Of a stretch of DNA of 64,000 bases, positions 11,801 through 24,019 are shown piece after piece. The stretch is taken from assembly GCA_977017645.1 (NCBI GenBank), contig OZ360230.1, forward strand, positions 74,090,001-74,154,000. Reading direction: 5' to 3'. The translations under genes and the position numbers were made by a program. Each line of letters opens with the position of its first letter. Position 1 is the first letter of the stretch. Source of the DNA: Torpedo marmorata (Eukaryota). The notes beneath the pieces were generated by a model, which worked only from the letters and a program-made list of their open reading frames with translations, made no database searches and was not told the origin of the DNA.

Positions 11801-14045
11801 AATTTTAGCAAATAGAGTGGCTAATTATTTACCAGATTTAATCCATGTAGATCAAGCTGGTTTTATTAAGAATAGATATTCAAAGGATAACAGCTAGATT
11901 AATTAGTTTAATTAATGTGGAAAAAAAGAAAGATGATTTAGCATTAGTATTAACGTTAGACGCTGAAAAGGCTTTTGATAGATTAGAGTGGAATTATTTA
12001 TTTAAGGTATTGGGGAAATTTGGTTTTGGAACTACATTTATTAATTGGATTAAAACTATATATAAAGAACCATCTGCTAAAGTGGACAAATTTCTTCAAA
12101 ATTTCTTTTGACTAGGTCAACTAGATATTAAGATTGCAGGTATTAAAGTCGGAAGAGAAGAGCATAAAATTAGTTTATTTGCAGATGATGTATTGATTTA
12201 CATGATAAAACCTATTCTTTAATACAATTGACTGCTTTATTGAGAGAATACAGGGAAATATCTGGTTATAAGATTAATTCTGATAAAAGTGAAATTATGG
12301 CATTAACGCAAGGGGATTATAGTAAATGTAAAGAAATTACATAATTTAAATGGTCAAAAGAAGGAATTAAATATTTAGGGATAAAGATTGATACAAAATT
12401 AACTAATTTATATAAATTAAATTATTTACCATTATTTATGAAAATTAAAAAAGATTTAGAGAGCTGGAAGGATTTAATGGGAAGGGTAAATTGTATTAAA
12501 ATGAATGTTTTTCCAAGAATTCAATATCTTTTTCAATCAATTCCTTATGAAAAGATTTAAATTTAATTATTAGGAAGTTTTTGTGGAAAGGAAAGTTGGC
12601 TAGAGTAGGTATAGAGAAATTAACTTGGAATTATGAAATGGGTGGATTACAACTTCCTAATTTTCAAAATTATTATAAAGCAGCCCAATTTGTTAATGAA
12701 TCCTATGATTTAACTTAGTCTTCTACTTGGATTAGAATAGAACTAAATAATATAGGAGAAGATTTCAAAGAAGAAGTTATTTATAAATGGAATTCTAAAT
12801 TAATATTAACAAGAAGGAAGAACTCTCCTATCTTTAAACATTTGTTAGAAATATGGAATAGAGTAGATAGGAGGGAAACTTATTCCATTTACTGTTGATA
12901 ATCAATTATTTAAAATTTGGTTTCAAAAGTGAATTAAGAAAATAAATGATTGTTTTGAAGCTGGTAAATTTATTACTTTTCAAAGAATGAAAGATAAGTT
13001 TAATGTATTGGATAATACACTTTTTCTTATTATCAAATTGGAGCATTTTTAGTTGGGAAATTAGGTTATAATTTGATTTTACCAAGACAGAGTAAGTTAG
13101 AATTATTAGTGACTAATGGGGGTGCAAATAAATTTATTTCTCAAATGTACAGATTGTTTCAGAGAAAAATCCCTAAAGTAGGAATTCATAAGTCAGATTA
13201 AAATGGGAATCAGATTTGAATGTAACAATAGATGAAGATCATTGGAAAGAACTATGTAAACTAAGTATGACGAAGATTATTAATGTTAGATATAGATTAG
13301 TTCAATATAATTTTTTTCATCAATTAAATTTAACACCTAAAAAAATAAAGAAATTTAACGCGACATTATCAAGCTTATGTTTTAGATGTAATAGAGAGGA
13401 AGGTTCTTTTGTACATTCTACATGGTTTTGTCCAAAAGTTTATGATTTTTGGTTGAAAGTTAAAAAGTTTTTAGATAAAGTATTAAAAATTACATTCCCA
13501 ATGGACCCTATGATATTTTTATTTGGAGATATTAAAAGAGTTAGTATTAAGATGAAATTAAATATGTATCAAATAGAATTTTTGCGAATTGCTTTAGCTG
13601 TTTCTAAGAAATGTATTGCTATTACTTGGAAATCTGATGTAGATTTAGGATTAGAAAGATGGCATGCAGAACTTCGTTCATGTATACCACTTGAAAAAAT
13701 TACTTACAATTTACGTAATAAATATCATTTCTTTTTGAAAATATGGAGCCCATATATGAAGGTTGTTGGTTTTAGGATTTGAAGATCTCTGGACATCGGA
13801 TCTGACTGGCGAACCTAACCTCCATAATAAAATTAGTTTATAGATGTATTTTTTAGATTGACATTCTCCTTATTCTATCTTTTTCTTTCTTTTTTTATTT
13901 TTATTTTAGTAGATTAGTAGGGATGGGAGGGTTAGGGAGGGGAGGGAGGGAGGGGGGTGAAAATGTATCACAAGTATTTTGATAATTTTATATTTTACCT
14001 TATGTATTTTGTGATTTAAAATTTTAAATAAAATATTTTTAAAAA
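8870..14045 (+). mobile_element. L1 LINE, near full length and decayed (ORF1, ORF2 EN-RT-CCHC, 3' UTR, A-tail)
   Basis: ORF1 9132-9935 (ENLSQRNNIKIVGLPE, LERAHRV, FYPDLS). ORF2 pieces from 10211: SININGLN, GDFN, SDH, KSPGEDG, YRPISLLN.DYK, LDAEKAFD, FADD, CFRC..H..C. G-rich 3' UTR and AATAAA near 14027. Confidence 0.95.
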
Positions 14046-14069
14046 GGGTGTGGCATCCCCAAATACTTA

Positions 14070-14275
14070 GACAAAAGTTGTAAGCACTGACGGTACGTTT
14101 AGTTTTCTTTTTCTTTCTCTTTTGTCTCGGATTTATTCTTTTTGGGTGGGGAAAGGAGGGTTAAAGGGTGTAATGTGTTCTGTACTTGATACGTTTGAAC
14201 TTTGTGTATATTCGTGATTGTTTATTAATGTTTTGTGAAGACTTCTGAAAATGAAAAATAAAATATTTTTTTAAA
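14070..14275 (+). mobile_element. Short 3' UTR remnant of a second L1-like element
   Basis: T-rich tract, G-rich tract, then AATAAA and tail, the same layout as the L1 3' UTR just upstream; it interrupts a Rex1 copy. Confidence 0.55.
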
Positions 14276-14755
14276 ACTTTCTACAGGTGTACCGTGGTGG
14301 CCATTCTGACTGGTTGCATCACTGTCTGGTACAGAGGTGCCAATGCACAGGACAGGGAAAGGCTACAGAGGGTTGTAAACTCAGCCATCATGGGCATGGG
14401 CATGATCGATTTTTTAAGACACGATGTCTCTAGCAGCTTCTATCATCAAAGACCCTCACCATCCAGACCTTTTCTCACTGCTACCATCAAGGAAGTACAA
14501 GAGCCTGAAGACACACATTCAATGTTACAAAAACAGCTTCTTCCCCTCTGCCATCAGATTTCTGAACAATGAACCAATGGACACTACCTCACTTTACTGT
14601 TTTTTTGCACTAATTATTTATCTTTTTTAAATCTTGAATTTAGGAATTGTAATTTATAGCAATTTTGCACCTGTATTGCACAATACTGCTGGCACAAAAC
14701 AACATATTTCTTGACACATGTTCACGACATTAAACCTGATTCTGATCCTGAACTT
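14275..14755 (+). mobile_element. Rex1/Babar LINE 3' fragment
   Basis: ILTGCITVWY, IIKDPHHP, NSFFPSAIRFLN; short-repeat tail cctgattctgatcctga. Confidence 0.85.
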
Positions 14756-15061
14756 GAATGGGATTGTCATTCTGGGGAAATACTGGCTTTTCCAGTCTTG
14801 GTACCAACAAGTTCAGAATTTCCCTGCATGTGTACAGTACGTGAAGACAAAGTGCCAAGCTTGTGGACAGTTGCTCACCTGTGCTTCTCCCAAAAGCAGC
14901 TGAAGCTGGTTTCTTCGCACACAGGGAATCTGTCTGCAAGATTGATTTTCCAGGTCAAACCTGGTGTAGTCAGGTCTGCTCTGCTGTCTTCCAAACAAGT
15001 GAGGCATCAAGGCAACTGGTGGAACATTTGGATGGTTTTAATCATCCAAGCTTAAACAATA

Positions 15062-15351
15062 GAATGGTGCAGCTGTTAGACCCACATTCTTCCAGCCCCA
15101 GAGACCCGGGTTCAATCCTAACCACAGGTACTGTTCGTGAAGAGTTTGTATGTTTTCCCTGTGACCCTGCGGGTTTCCTCCCACAGCTCAATGAGGTTCA
15201 TTGCCACTGTAAAGTGCACTAGTGTGTGGTAGAAACTAGGAGTGTGGATGAGATAGTAGGGAGAATAAAATGGATTTAATGTGTGTAACTGGGTGCCTGA
15301 TGGTCAGTCTGGACTTGGTGGGTCAAATGGCCTGCTTCTGTGCTGTAACTC
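15062..15351 (+). mobile_element. V-SINE (HE1-like), older copy
   Basis: B-box gggttcaatcc, V-domain gagtttgtatgttttccctgtgacc, CR1-type tail atggcctgcttctgtgctgtaa. Confidence 0.75.
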
Positions 15352-15399
15352 GAGGGCTGATTAAAATGTTTTATTTCATAGTTGAGAATACTTTAATTA

Positions 15400-17451
15400 C
15401 ACTGGACAGCAAAAATTTTGCTTCCTGAATACTTTTGGGTGTATTTTATGGATTATGGGCTGCTGATCACAAAATTCACCTTAAAATTTTCCTATCACGT
15501 ACTGTTTTTTTAAGACATAAAATATGACAGGGATAGTGCCGGAGGATTGGCGTATTGCGCATGTGGTTCCGTTATTTAAAAAGGGTTCAAGGAGGAAGCC
15601 TGGCAATTATCGGCCTGTAAGTTTGATGTCTGTGGTAGGTAAATTAATGGAGAAAGTTCTCAGAGATAGTACTTATAAATATCTGGATAGACAGGGTCTG
15701 ATCAGGAACTCTCAACACGGATTTGTGAGCGGAAGGTCCTGTTTGACCAATCTGATTGAATTTTTTGAAGAGGTGACTAGGAATGTGGATGAGGGTAGCG
15801 CGGTGGATGTTGTCTATATGGACTTCAGTAAGGCCTTCGATAAGGTTCCGCATGGAAGGTTAGTTAGGAAGGTGCAGTCTTTAGGTATAAATTCTGAGAT
15901 AGTCAAATGGATTGAACATTGGCTGGAAGGGAGAGGCCAGAGAGTGGTAGTGGATAATCGTCTGTCAGGTTGGAGGCCCGTGACCAGTGGTGTGCCTCAG
16001 GGATCTGTATTGGGCCTATTGTTGTTCGTTATATATATCAATGATCTAGATGATGGGGTGGTAAACTGGATTAGTAAATATGCAGATGATACTAAGATAG
16101 GTGGAATAGTGGATAATGAAGAAGGTTTTCAAGGATTGCAGAGGGATTTGGGCTGCTTAGAAAAGTGGGCTGAAAAATGGCAGATGGAGTTTAATGCTGA
16201 TAAGTGTGAGGTGCTTCATTTTGGTAAGAAGAATCAGAACAGGACATATGTAGTAAATGGGAGAGCATTGATGAATACAGAAGAGCAGAAAGATTTAGGA
16301 ATAACGGTGCATTGTTCCCTGAAGGTGGAAACTCATGTGAATAGGGTGGTGAAGAAGGCTTTTAGTATGCTGGCCTTTATCAATCATTGCATAGAATATA
16401 GGAGTTGGGAAGTGATGTTGAGATTATATAAGGCTTTAGTGCGGCCTAATTTAGAGTTCTGTGTGCAGTTCTGGTCGCCAAATTATAGGAAGGATATCAA
16501 CAAGGTGGAGAGAGTGCAGAAAAGGTTTACCAGAATGTTACCTGGGTTTAAGAATCTAGAGTACAAGGAGAGATTGAGCATATTAGGTCTTTATTCTTTG
16601 GAGTGTAGAAGGTTGAGAGGGGATTTGATAGAGGTATTTAAAATTATGAAAGGGATAGACAGAGTGGATGTGGATAGACTATTTCCATTAAGAATAGGAG
16701 AGATTGAAACAAGAGGACATGAGCTAAGAGTTAAGGGGCAGAGGTTTAGAGGTAACATGAGGGGGAACTTCTTTACTCAGAGAGTGGTAGCGGTGTGGAA
16801 TGAGCTTCCGGGAGAAGTAGTGGCGGCAGAGTCAATTTTATTATTTAAGAAAAAGTTGGACAAGTATATGGATGAGAAGGAAGTGGAGGGTTATGGGCAG
16901 GGTGCAGGTAGGTGGGACTAGATAGGAATGTTTGGTTCGGTGCGGACTGGAAGGGCCTAATGGCCTGTTTCCGTGCTGTAATTGTTATATGGTTATAAAT
17001 CAAAAAAATAGGATAAGTTGACTTCAAGCATACAAAACCATGAGTGCATCATGTCATTCAAAATTTAAATTTCTGCATTCGCACTTGGACTTCTTCCCTG
17101 CTGATCTTGGTGCAGTCAGTGACGAAAAAGGTGAAAGGTTTCACCAGGACATTGTGACCATGGAAAAGCAGTATCAAGGCAATTGGAATCCATCAATGCT
17201 GGCCGACTGTTGTTGGACACTGACACAAGAGGCATCAGATGCTGGTACAATCTAAAATCAGCAGCAAAACATTTTAGGTCAGTATGCGATTAAACTTGCG
17301 AAATTCAATAGAAGTTAATTTAATGTTTCTCCAACTACCCATGCGATACAGCCAATCTGAAATTATTTTTGTGTTCAGCTTGAAGTTGTCTATCATAATT
17401 CCCAATTTTTTTTCAGGTAGCAAACCTTTTGAAAAAAATTGTTGTCCATTG
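15400..17451 (+). mobile_element. Internally deleted Chapaev3 (CMC superfamily) DNA transposon, interrupted by CR1
   Basis: TIRs CACTGGACAGCAAAA and reverse complement CAATGGACAACAATT; TTA on both flanks. Transposase C-terminus FLHSHLDFFPADLGAVSDEKGERFHQDI.TMEK.YQG.WNPSMLAD.CWTL at 17040-17255. Confidence 0.85.
15524..16997 (+). mobile_element. CR1 LINE, 5'-truncated, with uninterrupted RT ORF
   Basis: 465-aa ORF 15524-16921: NYRPVSL, DFSKAFDKVPH, GVPQGSVLG, YADD, FFTQRVV..WN.LP. 3' tail ggcctgtttccgtgctgta plus short repeats. Confidence 0.95.
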
Positions 17452-17999
17452 TTATTGGATGAAATGTATTTAGGGCATTATAGGAATTTAAGCTCTGATC
17501 CATAGAAGAACATATTAGATTTAATATTAATGCACGAAATCATATGTATTTAACATAAGCAACAATATATTTCACAGATCTGTAAAGGGCAAGTGTTACT
17601 TTGAGTTAGGTAATCAATACAGAGCCAAATGAAGAAGAAATAGTTAAAAAAACAAAAAGAGCAAGCAAATAAAGGGTGAAATTTCAAAAATGACTGAGCA
17701 TCAGAGCCATGCTTGGGAATTATATTCAGAAAAATAGAGTGCAAGGATTTTCAAAACAACATTCATGTCAACTACAGTATTCTGGGAGCGCACATAAAAA
17801 CATCCAATCCATTGTAATGAAACAACATCTACAGTTCAGTGTGTTCACCAATAAAGCAGGTTTTTTTTTGCTAATTGCCCATCCTATGGCCACCCCCTCC
17901 CCCTCCACCCCGCCCCACTTGCAAGCATCAACAGAAAAAACACATAAGAAGTCTACACAAATAAATGGAGAAAAAGGATGCACAGGCCTTGTCATTTTC

Positions 18000-18470
18000 A
18001 GCACACTACTGGCCAGCCTCTCTGGTTCTATTTGGAGTTATCCGATGTTCGTGCCTTCACTTGCACCAAGTTCATTTAACCCATCACCCAGTAATAAGTG
18101 ACCTACATCAGCTTCCAATAAAACAATGCCTTGATTTTAAAATTCTCAGTCCTTTCGTGGCTTTGTGCCCATCGATCTCTGCAATTGCTTCCAATCTTAC
18201 AAGATATCTGTACTCCTATGATCCTAGTTGTTTTTTTCATCTGAAAGTTTAATCAATCCATCTTCAATGACTGTGTCTTCAGCTGCCAAAGCTCTAAGTT
18301 CTGGAATTCACACTACATCTTCCTACCTTTTCAACCTTCTTTTCTTCCATTAAGATTTTTATTGCTTACCATTTGCTGTTCATAACAAATCTTATTTCAC
18401 AATGCTCCAATGTAACACATTGAGATAATTTGTTACATTGAAGGCACTATAAATACAAGTTATTATTATT
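18000..18470 (+). mobile_element. Old L2 LINE 3' fragment
   Basis: HPVISDLHQLPIKQCLDFKIL resembles the L2 HITPVL..LHWLP...RI.FK motif; ends in ataaatacaagttattattatt. Confidence 0.65.
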
Positions 18471-18544
18471 TAGGCATGCACAAGTTGAGCTCTGCTTTGC
18501 TTATTATATATTAAGTTCAGTCAAATTTGCAAAGACCTTAGAGT

Positions 18545-18752
18545 GAAACACGAAAGTCTGCAGACGCAGTGATCATTGTAAAAAAAACACAAAAATGATG
18601 GAGGATCTCAGCAGGTCACCAGCTTCCATCGGAGGTAAAGATATATAACCAGCACTTTGGGTCTGAGCCCTTCCTCAAGGTCCTCATACCTTGAACTATG
18701 GACACTGAGTGACCTGCTGAGTTCCTGCAGCATTTTTGTGTTTTTGCAATGA
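18545..18752. mobile_element. Penelope-derived inverted-repeat element
   Basis: Arms cattgtaaaa..cacaaaaatg..tcagcaggtcac and gtgacctgctgag..catttttgtgtttttgcaatg; decayed hammerhead segment between them. Confidence 0.7.
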
Positions 18753-19849
18753 CATTAGTTATTTGTACCACATTAAAACCATAGGCTCTAATCCCCTTGC
18801 CAACAAAGCATAACATACCACTTGCTATAATAATGCATAAATGTAGGAATATCTTGCTGTAATTATATACAACGCCAGTGATGCCTCACCTTGAGTATTG
18901 TGTACAGTTTAATTCTGTAAAAAAAATCATTGGCGAGGGTTCCAGTAATTGATAATGAACTTAAGATGAAAATGCATGAAGTTTCCCACTACACATATGC
19001 CATCTGCTGGCAGAAATTGGGATTTAGGGCACCTCTTAAATAGGCTTTGATATCATACAAAGTTTTATTCAATCCAATCCTCAAAGTGGTAAGTTATGAG
19101 CGTTCTCCGATTCATAGCTACCAAATGGGCATATGTAATGGATCATTAGATAGTAATGGCAGTACTCTTTTGACAGGAGGAAGAATTGAGGTGGCCAATC
19201 AATTCAAAATTAAATGTTAAAATAGAGCCCACTTCATTAGTTCACAGTGGGAATTCCATAATGAAAACATCAAATTTATTCCTCCACAATAAAAGGCAAA
19301 CATGAATGATGAAATTAATAGAAAACCGTTATCTTCTTTGAATTACCACCCTGCTAATATTTCCAGAATTGCTCCCAATTTTTGAAAATCGTTGAGTGTG
19401 TTTCAAACTGGTTTATTTGATTGCAGAGGCATGTCTATCATTTGATTTCCTTTATTTGATAATGAAACAGACTCAGAAGACTGTATCATGGATAAATATC
19501 TTCCTGGGTCATGTTCTACAATCTCTCTTCAAAATCCTTCAATCCAGCTGGCTCCAATGTTTAATTATTGCCAATGGTTTAACTTGTTATGTGCAAGTTT
19601 CTCTAATATTATGTTTACATCTTATGCTAAATTAAAATTTGGATCCATATTTTATGATATTCTTGCTCATTTCTTATTGAATCTAAATTTTATGATATTC
19701 TTGCTCAATTCTTATCCTTCTTGTGTATGTGGAATATCTATGTGCTGACGTATGCTTTTAAATTTTGCTGTGCAATAGTATTGCAGTACAGTTGCAAATA
19801 ATTTTAAAGCATTTAACAGAAACCAGTAAATGATTTTTGTTAGAATAAT

Positions 19850-20525
19850 GGAATTTCCTGCGAGTCCATATTATCAGAAGACCTCTCCTGGAGCCAGCAT
19901 ATTGAGGCAACTGTGAAGAATGCACACCAATTTTCCAAGAAGTCAGAGGAGATTTGTTGAATACTCTTATCAAACTTCCATGGGTGCACTGTGGAAAATA
20001 TATTGACTAGTTGCATCACAACCTGGATTGGTAATTTGAGTGCCCAGTAATGCAGAAGGTAGTAAACACAGCCAGGTCCGTTACAAGCTTCGATCTCCCA
20101 TCCATTGAAGACATGCACATGAGGCACTGCCTCAGGAAGGCAGAAAACATCTTAAAAGACCCCCATCACCCTGGTCACACCCTCATCTCATTGCTACATT
20201 TGGGAAGAAGTTACAGAAGCCTGAAGACCAGCACCTCCAGGTTTAAGAACATATTCGGCTATCAGGCTCTTGAATCTTTGGAACACTAATCATGGTCTGC
20301 TCTGACACCAGAAAAGGACCGTCTGCACTATTGTAACACCACGTTTTATTCTTCTTTGACTATGCTAACTGTCTTTTGTATATATAATCTCTTTTTAATT
20401 TAATAAGCACTACTATAGTTTTTTTTAAAAAGGAAACAAAGTACCTATTTGGCTGCAGTAAGTAAGAATTTCATTGCATATGTACATGGTACAATGTATA
20501 TGACAATGAACTCATTATCATTATG
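19850..20525 (+). mobile_element. Rex1/Babar LINE 3' fragment
   Basis: QKVVNTARS, ILKDPHHPGH.L.SLL..GR.YRSLKT.TSRFKN; 3' tail atgacaatgaactcattatcatt. Confidence 0.85.
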
Positions 20526-20637
20526 AATTATGGTAATCACAACGTCTAATCAATAAAAAACATACAAAATAGTTTCACACGAGTAATATTCAACAAAATT
20601 TAGCACCAAGCCATAACAAGATATACTGATGTAATTT

Positions 20638-20744
20638 AGTAAAAAACACAAAAGCTGGAGAACTCAGCAGGTGTTTTTTACTACATTATTACGGTTTGTG
20701 TTTTTTACTACATTATTACGGTGTCTACAGATTTTCGTGTTTAC
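20638..20744. mobile_element. Short Penelope-derived inverted repeat with a 14-bp target-site duplication
   Basis: Family motif aaacacaaaagctggagaactcagcagg; flanked by TACTGATGTAATTT at 20624-20637 and 20745-20758. Confidence 0.7.
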
Positions 20745-23700
20745 TACTGATGTAATTTGGCAAGATCCAAGTCAAAGACACAGGTTTCAAAGAGTCTAAA
20801 ATAAGAAGGAAGAGGTAGTAAGATAATGAGTTTCAGAGTTTAGCATTTGTGCAACTGAAATGATGGCAACCAATAATAAATACTTACAATCCAAATAGCT
20901 TTATTTTTGTTTAACACACAATTTAAATTTTTAATTTTACTTATTAACAATTACATTATTTAAAAATAATTAACCACTGCTCATCTGTTTGGTTCAACTG
21001 ACAATGTGCACTACATTTTGCCACACTCTCTAGTCACTTATCTCAAAATACTTGGGAGTCGATTCATTAAAATTACAATAATTTAAATAAACTCATCAAT
21101 TGACAATTAACATGACAATACAGTATTCAAAGTGTTTCATGTTAATTGGAAATGAACAGTCAACAAGCAATCGTATTGGATGGGGAAAGCCATTTTCTTA
21201 CCAGTATTCTTAATTTTATATCTGTACTGTTTCTCTCGCCATTAAACATTAAAAAATCACTAAATTTACCTTTTGAGTAACTGTATGGCGATCACACAAA
21301 GATATTTTATCTTAAAATTTTAAGTAAGATGGACAGAAATTCTGATAGAAAGATTTGTATATAGTCTGTGGAAATTGAAGGGGCAATGAACCAAGTGACA
21401 TTTTCTTGCTTTGTGCTTTATTTATTTCACTCTGAAGACTTTATTCCTTTCAGTTTCACAATTTGGAGAGCTGCATTTCAAAAACTATAACACACTCATA
21501 CGTCTACTTGTGAATGGTTTAAAAAAACTCTACGAGACACTGTATGGAACACTGGGATAGACATCGACCTTGTATTAATGGAATCGGAGTTCAAATCGAA
21601 TGCACACGGTCTCCTGTCTGTAAGGGCTCTGAATCCAGTTCTGAAAGAGCATTGATACTGCACACTTTCCATACCTTAACATTAACTAGTTATCTCAAAG
21701 AAGAGAGGAAAGACAAACAAAATCATCTTCTCTTCTTCTAATGATGAGGCTGAAATACACTCAAAGAAACGTGGAGAGAGTGTTACTCTGTGTCCAACCG
21801 TGCAATGCCTGTTTAAGAATCAAGTGGATCTCTGAGATGGATAAGCACCCCTCCCCTAGCACTAACATTCCTCACGTTATTAAGTGCCAAAAATACAGTA
21901 AATTATTTTGAATATAACCTCGGAGTCATGGGCGTCTAATCAAGTGCAACATGCTTGAATATCCGTATGATTGAAAAGATTCCTCATACCTGCTTAGAGG
22001 GAAAGAGGAAGCTGAAACAGTCAGCATTTTTCATCATTAAGCAGAACAGTCTTCACTCCATACCTTTCTAAGCAGAAAAAAAGACCGATGCAAACAATCG
22101 GATGGATTTTGAAATCTGATTTTCGTATTATATGTGGGGTTTGGTGAGGGAAAGGTATCCCACATTTCCCCACACCAGCTGCTCCTGGCGTGGGGAAATA
22201 AAACAAATATGGTGAAAGAAGCACAAACCACGTGATAAGATTATCAGAACAGATAAGTGGTGTCATTGTATAGTGTTTCTTCATTATAAGCAGTTATATT
22301 CATCTTTCTTTTATTATAAATCAAATAACTCGCTAATTGTAAAAAGTTAAACGCGTGTCTTAAAAGTTGCGATATGCCAAGATTATCTACAATATTGTGA
22401 TTATTATTTTAATCCAAGTACATTTTAAACTTGTAATATTATTTGTTAATGTGTTCCCATGTTAATTTTATAATTCTGAAAAAGATTAGTCTTTAAATGC
22501 TATTAATAGATATTAATTGGAAAGAATAATGAACTAGCATCTGCTAATTGATATTTAGTATTTTTTAAATGTATTTGTAGTACTCAACGATTTTGAGATG
22601 AGATTGCAAGAAAACAATTCAAAAAGACAATATGACTAACGTAGTTTGCATAGCTGTAGTTCGAACAGCGAATAACTATAATTATGTTCGAAATCAATGG
22701 TTAATAGTGTCTGCGACAAATGCTGTGGTAAATGAATACCCGGTGCGTCAAGGAACAATACGAATACCAAGAATCCGATTATTATATAAACAAATGGGTT
22801 ATTCGTGTTCCAAACAACATGACAAATGTAAAATTTAACTACAGTGTCTTTACTTATCATATTAACTGAAGGATAAAACAAGAGACCGTACAGCGGTTGT
22901 AATTAATATTACCGTTGTGAATGCCGCCACTCTACTTTAGAAGGAAAAGATGCCGCACCTGTGACGATTTAATTGCATCTGCGTTAACACTTTGGAAAAG
23001 GGCAAACTTTTTCTTTACGAATAAAGCATCTTACTTACGAATTTGCTCTCTCCAAAGCACAATCTACACATAAAATAACGTGAAAATAAGTTTTATTGAA
23101 CGCATACTATATAAATTTTAAGTACTAATTGTTTGTGTTTTAAAAAGCTCCTTTGAAAACTTTGGAGAAAAAATATAGTTTAAGAAAAGAAATGTCCACA
23201 CATACAAGCAATATTCCTCCTTGGTGAAATAAATTGCGTGCATTTCAACATCTACCTTTACCGTATATGCTTGATTGGTGCAAATCGCTACCGCTGGCCG
23301 TATTCACTCTAAATCCTGATCCAATTAAAGTGCACCTGGCCTGAAAGATCGCTTTAATTATCGGGTCACATTCAGTTGCCTTTTTATACATGCAATTCGC
23401 ATTTCTTTTGGAAACTTCAATAACATTGCTAATATATCCTATATATGCAAGCTTTTTAACTTGTTTTACTCTATCCGTTAAAATTAGCACTTTCATTACC
23501 TGTAACAATTGTCTCATCTCTAAACAAGAGAATTTCCCCCCTTGGATATTTGTTATAAAATGAGCCACAATTTATCTAAATGTCGTGTCTTGAACATTCG
23601 CACAGCCCATATACAGTTTTTTTTTAAAGATGGAAAGGGTAGAAATGCGCGCAGTGCGTAAATATATAAAGCTATTAAAGTAACTAGTAATTGTATTTGG

Positions 23701-24019
23701 GAAATCTATTTTTCGCATTGGGATATAAAATAACGATCTTAAAGAGTTACTGAGATTTTGGTGGTTGATTTTGGTTACAGTAATCGTTTTCTAATTCAAT
23801 CCCAAAAATGAAGGGATCACTCTTTTTCAGGAATGTGGGCTAATTCTGGCGCTGGGCAGGATAATCACTGGAAATGGGATGATTCTGTTTAAGTTATATT
23901 TTTAAACAATTTAAAAGGGGGAATTAATAATATAGCGACTGAGTCCGTTTAATCTTTCTTTTTTGTTACGTCACTGGATAATCATTCTGTTCTGGTATAA
24001 GAGAACAATTGTTGAGATT

